Below, in pieces: positions 59,858 through 64,000 of a stretch of DNA of 64,000 nucleotides. Within the stretch, counting starts at the first letter, position 1. The number at the start of each line of letters is the position of its first letter. The notes below the pieces were generated by a model, which had not been told where the DNA came from, searched no databases, and worked only from the letters and a program-made list of their open reading frames with translations. Position numbers and translations under genes: made by a program. Source of the DNA: Polyangiales bacterium (lineage in GTDB: Bacteria > Myxococcota_A > Polyangia > Polyangiales > Polyangiaceae); contig JBBRNJ010000001.1 of the NCBI GenBank assembly GCA_038230375.1, positions 128,001 to 192,000 on the forward strand. Reading direction: 5' to 3'.

Positions 59858-60843
59858 TGCGCCGCTTCTTGCTCTCTGCCTCTCTGGTGAGCCTCCTTCC
59901 ATTCCTCCTGCGATGCGGTGACAACGACGACAGGAAGTCATCCGCCGACGACGCGGGTGCCGAGGCCAGCTCCATCGCTGATGGGAGCCTCGCGATGGGT
60001 GCGGACGGCAGCACCAAACCAGGCACCGACGCCGGTGACAACGGTCCACAGCCCGCATGGGCCAGCGCGCCGTTGAAGAGCCCCGGATGCGGCATGGCGG
60101 CGACGCCCAGTGGGGCAAACGGCGACAACAAAACGGTCATGGTGGGTGGCACCGCGCGCTCGTTCGTCCTCTATGTGCCGAAGGGCTACGACCCGAACAA
60201 TGGATATCCGATCGTTGCGAGCTACCACGGCATCGGCGCCACCGGCGCGGACATGGCCCAGTTCGTGAAGATGCAGGAGTACTCGATGGGCAAGGCCATC
60301 GCAGTGTTCCCCACTGCCGTCGCTGGCAAGTGGGACACGAACGGCATGACGGATCTGGCTTTCTTCGACGCCATGGTGAAGAGCCTGGAGGACACACTCT
60401 GCATCAACGAGCGCCGCATCTTCGTGCTCGGCTTCAGCTTCGGCGCGTACATGGTGAACTTGCTGGGGTGCAAGCGCTCGGACACCATCCGCGCCTTCAT
60501 CCCGGCGGACGGCGGCTTCGTTGGCTCGCCTGCTGCGTGCGGCAAGACCACGGTGCTGGTCTATCACCGCACAGAGGACGACAACGAGGCGGTCGCGAAC
60601 GGGAAGAAGGCCCGCGACAACTGGCTGGGGATCAACGGATGCCAGAGCACCTCGAAACCCCTCAACGATTTCGGGTTCAACGATTCAACTGCGGGCACCT
60701 TGGGCTGCGTGCAGTATGATGGATGTCCAGGCAACACCACCGTCTCGTGGTGCGAAGACATGTACATCAGCCCGCAGGGTTACAAACACGACCTGCGCCA
60801 ACCTTACCGAGTACCGATGTGGAACTGGTTCAATCATTTCTGA
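59858..60843 (+). CDS. PHB-depolymerase/LpqC-like (CE1-like) esterase, exported
   Basis: SPGCG, YVPKGYD, YHG, DLAFFD...CINERRIF, GFSFG nucleophile elbow, terminal His. Confidence 0.8.
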
Positions 60844-60852
60844 GAGGTCACC

Positions 60853-62169
60853 ATGAATTCTTCCCTTGTTCGTAGCTTCCGTCTCGCCGCCGCCGGCTCG
60901 CTCGCCATCTCACTGGCTGCCATCATCGCAGCATGCTCCTCGTCATCGAGCGGCAACAACAACACAGATGACGGTGGCCCTGGCACTGACGGCTCCCTCA
61001 ACCCGGACAAGGATGGCGGCAACCCCGTCGGTTCGGACGGCGGCAACGTCATCGGGACGGACGGCGGTGGAGGCAAGGACAGCGGCACCACCGGCCAGGA
61101 CGCAGGTCCCCCGGGGCCGCGTTACGTCGGCCGCCTCGCGGTGAACGGCACAGACGTCACGTGTGACTGGTCGGGCTGCAGGGCGATGGCGAAGTTCCAC
61201 GGGACCGCGGCCAGCATCACGATCGGCGGCTCGCTCGGTAGCAGCAACTACGACGTGATCGTCGACGGCGTCGTCACGAAGCAGATCGTCGTCAACACGG
61301 CCAACGCCATGAGCCCCTTCGTGCTCGCCACCGGCCTACCGCTCGCGGATCACACCGTGGAGATCTACAAGCGCAGCGAGGGCAACGACGGCATCGAGAC
61401 CTTCCATCCGTTCACGTTCCCGAACGACGGTGGCATCCTGTCGCCTCCGTTCCCGGGCAAGCACCTCATCGAGTTCATCGGCGACTCCGTCGCGGTGGGC
61501 TTTGGCGTCGAAGGCACGGGCGGCGATCCGGCGAACTGTGACAAGCAACCGCTGATCGACACGCTCACGAATGTGCACAAGTCGTTCGCGGGCGTGACAG
61601 CCGCGAACCTGGCATCGGACGGAATCGTCATCGGGTTCTCTGGCAAGGGCGTCACCCGCAACTTCGATCCGGCGGACACGCAGCTCATGATCGGCAACAC
61701 CGACGCGACGCAAGATCTGTACGGCATGACAAAGGTCGACGACGGCGCGCAGACGTGGGGCTTCAAGCCGATCCCGGACGCGGTCGTCGTCGCGCTGGGC
61801 GCGGACGACTTCAACAACCCGGGCGTTGGCACCCCGCCCACGCAGATGCAATTCCAGACCGCGTACAAGGCGCTCCTGGTCAAGGTCCGCGCGAAGAACC
61901 CGGGTGCGTACATCTTCGCGGCCTACACGCCGGGCATCCAGGACAACAGCGCCACGGTCGGAGACCCGAACAACGGCCTCACGATCTGCAAGGCCGCGAT
62001 CCCCGCCGCCGTGACCTCCCTGGGTGACGCGAAGGTCTTCTACGTCGACAACCTCCCGAACGCGAGCATGGCGGACGGAACGGGCTGTTTGCAGCACCCG
62101 AACGCGGCGTACCAGATAAACGCCGCGGCATCACTGACTGCCTTCATCAAGGGCAAGACGAACTGGTAG
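60853..62169 (+). CDS. CE2-like SGNH acetyl esterase lipoprotein
   Basis: Lipobox IAAC; RYVGR..DWSG, HTVEIYKRSE, IEFIGDS, SGKG, GCLQHP. Confidence 0.82.
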   Translation: MNSSLVRSFRLAAAGSLAISLAAIIAACSSSSSGNNNTDDGGPGTDGSLNPDKDGGNPVGSDGGNVIGTDGGGGKDSGTTGQDAGPPGPRYVGRLAVNGTDVTCDWSGCRAMAKFHGTAASITIGGSLGSSNYDVIVDGVVTKQIVVNTANAMSPFVLATGLPLADHTVEIYKRSEGNDGIETFHPFTFPNDGGILSPPFPGKHLIEFIGDSVAVGFGVEGTGGDPANCDKQPLIDTLTNVHKSFAGVTAANLASDGIVIGFSGKGVTRNFDPADTQLMIGNTDATQDLYGMTKVDDGAQTWGFKPIPDAVVVALGADDFNNPGVGTPPTQMQFQTAYKALLVKVRAKNPGAYIFAAYTPGIQDNSATVGDPNNGLTICKAAIPAAVTSLGDAKVFYVDNLPNASMADGTGCLQHPNAAYQINAAASLTAFIKGKTNW

Positions 62170-62194
62170 CCCAGCGCGGTTTCAGAGTAAGGTC

Positions 62195-62216
62195 GGCAAA
62201 GAAATTCCTCTTTGCC
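62195..62216. promoter_or_regulatory. Inverted repeat (8-bp stem) between the esterase and OmpA genes
   Basis: GGCAAAGA-AATTCC-TCTTTGCC. Confidence 0.35.
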
Positions 62217-62250
62217 ACGGGCGCGACGCGTCCGCGAAAAGGCCTTCTCC

Positions 62251-64000
62251 ATGCGCAAGTTCCTGGCTTCGTCTCTCGTAGGTTTGCTGCCGCTGCTCGC
62301 GGCAAGCAACGCGTTCGCGCAGACGGTCCCCGCGTTCGACATCAACCGCTACCACCCCGCCGAGCGTGGTAGCGAGTGGTTCTCGCTCGACACGCTGGAC
62401 TTCCGCGGCGCGGTTCGCCCTGCGCTCGGCCTGACGGGTGACTGGGCGTTCAAGCCGCTCGCAGTGCCGACGAACTCCGGCCACGCGACGGTGGTGCAGA
62501 ACCAGTTCACCACGCACTTCGGCGGAAGCCTGGTGGTGGCAGAGCGCTTCCGCCTGGGCGTCAACGTGCCCATGGTCTTCTACCAGAACGGCGACACCGG
62601 CGTGCTCGGCGCGCAGACGTTCCGCGCCCCCGACAGCACGCGCATCGCAGACTCGCGCTTCACCATGGACGTGCGCGCGTACGGCCGCTACGGCGACCCC
62701 ATCACCATCGCCATTGGCGCGCAGTTCTTCATGCCCATGGGCAGCGCAAACCTCTACACGGGCGACGAGAAGCCGCACGGCATCGGCCGCGTCCTGCTCT
62801 CCGGTGAACAGGGCATGTGGGTGTATTCTGCAAGTCTCGGCTTCCATGCGCGCGCGTTGCACGTGACGTATGCCGGACAGCGCATCGGCGACGAGCTCAT
62901 GTTCGGCGCGGCGGGCGGCGTGCGCCTGCTCGACAAGAAGCTCCTGGTCGGCCCCGAGATGTACATGAGCCGGGAGACCAGCTACCCGAAGGATCTCTTC
63001 CCGGGTGAGGCCACGCCCATCGAGATCATCCTCGGCGGTCACTACACGTTCATGCAGGACTTCCGCGCGGGCGCGGGCATGGGACCGGGCTTCGGCACGG
63101 CGTATGGCTCTCCGGACTTCCGCATCCTGGGCTCCTTCGACTGGGCGCCGCACTACGAGCCGCCGAAGCCGTCCGACGCGGACGCGGATGGCATCATGGA
63201 TAGCGAGGACGCTTGCAAGGACGTCGCGGGCGTTCACACCGACGACCCGAAGACCAACGGCTGTCCGCTTCCCGCGGCCGACCGCGATCGCGATGGCATC
63301 CCGGACCACCTGGACACGTGCCCCGACGAGCACGGCCCCGCATCGCCGGACATGCGCCTGCACGGCTGCGGTCCGAAGGATCGCGATCACGACGGCATCC
63401 AAGATCAGTGGGATGCGTGCCCCGACGACCCCGGTGTCATGTCCCCGGACATGCGCGCGCATGGCTGCAAGGTGAAGGACACCGACGGCGACGGCGTGCC
63501 CGACGGCCTGGATGCGTGCCCAACCATCGCGGGGGTGAAGACCGCCGACCCGAAGACGAACGGCTGCCCGGCGGAGAACAAGGATCGCGACGGCGACGGC
63601 GTTCCGAACGACACCGACGCGTGCCCCGACGAGCCCGGCAAGCCCGATCCCGATCCGAAGAAGAACGGCTGTCCGGTCGCCTTCGTCAAGGAGGGCAAGA
63701 TCAACATCACCGACCAGGTGAAGTTCAAGACCGCGAGCGCCGCGCTCGAGGGCGACGCAGCGACCTCGGTGGTCCTCCAGGCCGTCGCCGACGTGTTGAC
63801 GAAGCACCCCGAGATCAAGAAGGTGCGCGTCGAAGGTCACACCGACAACGAAGGCGACGTGAACCGCAACAAGACGCTCAGCGCGAACCGCGCCGACACC
63901 GTCGTGAAGTGGCTTGCGGCGCACGGCATCGACAAGTCGCGCCTTGGCTCGCAAGGGTTCGGACAGGACAAGCCGATCGCCGACAACAAGACGCCGGAAG
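62251..64000 (+). CDS. OmpA family protein: N-terminal beta-barrel, TSP3-like Ca-binding repeats, OmpA_C domain (partial, runs off window end)
   Basis: Signal MRKFLASSLVGLLPLLAASNAFA; repeats DRDRDGIPDHLDTCP and DTDGDGVPDGLDACP; RVEGHTDN...NKTLSANRA...GFGQDKPIADN; frame is open to the window end. Confidence 0.92.
   Translation, partial: MRKFLASSLVGLLPLLAASNAFAQTVPAFDINRYHPAERGSEWFSLDTLDFRGAVRPALGLTGDWAFKPLAVPTNSGHATVVQNQFTTHFGGSLVVAERFRLGVNVPMVFYQNGDTGVLGAQTFRAPDSTRIADSRFTMDVRAYGRYGDPITIAIGAQFFMPMGSANLYTGDEKPHGIGRVLLSGEQGMWVYSASLGFHARALHVTYAGQRIGDELMFGAAGGVRLLDKKLLVGPEMYMSRETSYPKDLFPGEATPIEIILGGHYTFMQDFRAGAGMGPGFGTAYGSPDFRILGSFDWAPHYEPPKPSDADADGIMDSEDACKDVAGVHTDDPKTNGCPLPAADRDRDGIPDHLDTCPDEHGPASPDMRLHGCGPKDRDHDGIQDQWDACPDDPGVMSPDMRAHGCKVKDTDGDGVPDGLDACPTIAGVKTADPKTNGCPAENKDRDGDGVPNDTDACPDEPGKPDPDPKKNGCPVAFVKEGKINITDQVKFKTASAALEGDAATSVVLQAVADVLTKHPEIKKVRVEGHTDNEGDVNRNKTLSANRADTVVKWLAAHGIDKSRLGSQGFGQDKPIADNKTPE

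Noticed and set aside
62170..62250. Possible c-di-GMP-I (GEMM) riboswitch suggested by GGCAAA
   Set aside because: It forms only a simple hairpin; the GNRA-capped P1 and GACGCAAA/P2 elements are missing
63160..63680. Repeated GACGGCGACGGC / GCGTGCCCCGAC segments
   Set aside because: Coding TSP3-like calcium-binding repeats of the OmpA protein
62182..63954. 590-aa minus-strand ORF
   Set aside because: Antisense to the OmpA-family gene, which the ORF track omits because it runs off the window
62251..64000. Calling the OmpA/TSP3 protein TraB (outer-membrane exchange)
   Set aside because: The architecture is shared by many myxobacterial OmpA paralogues, and the upstream gene is an esterase, not a TraA-like protein

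Overview
High-GC bacterial DNA whose gene content (many Cys-rich lipoproteins, a membrane Ser/Thr kinase followed by a TPR/PEGA protein, a TonB-TBDR fusion, a DUF1501 module, an OmpA protein with TSP3-like repeats) points to a myxobacterium, probably Polyangiaceae/Labilithrix-like. That taxonomy is inference from gene content. About 50 CDS are supportable. I saw no rRNA, tRNA, CRISPR array, integrase or transposase. Main highlights: (1) a tightly coupled DUF4266-DUF3570-dihaem lipoprotein-CxxxxCH lipoprotein operon (54.1-56.6 kb) that lacks the ApbE/thioredoxin partners usual for DUF3570; (2) a ~6.2 kb cassette (32.6-38.85 kb) bracketed by diverged copies of the 3' end of a DUF4139 gene, with reciprocally deleted copies of two small genes and two frameshifted cargo genes; (3) a long minus-strand run joining a thioesterase, a secernin-like Ntn hydrolase and a flavin amine oxidase to a haem-motif DUF1588-like/DUF1501 module; (4) two distant paralogous lipoproteins of unknown, probably alpha/alpha-barrel, function; (5) several TANNNT-N6/7-start signatures suggesting leaderless genes. 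All family assignments come from motif recognition by eye, not database searches.
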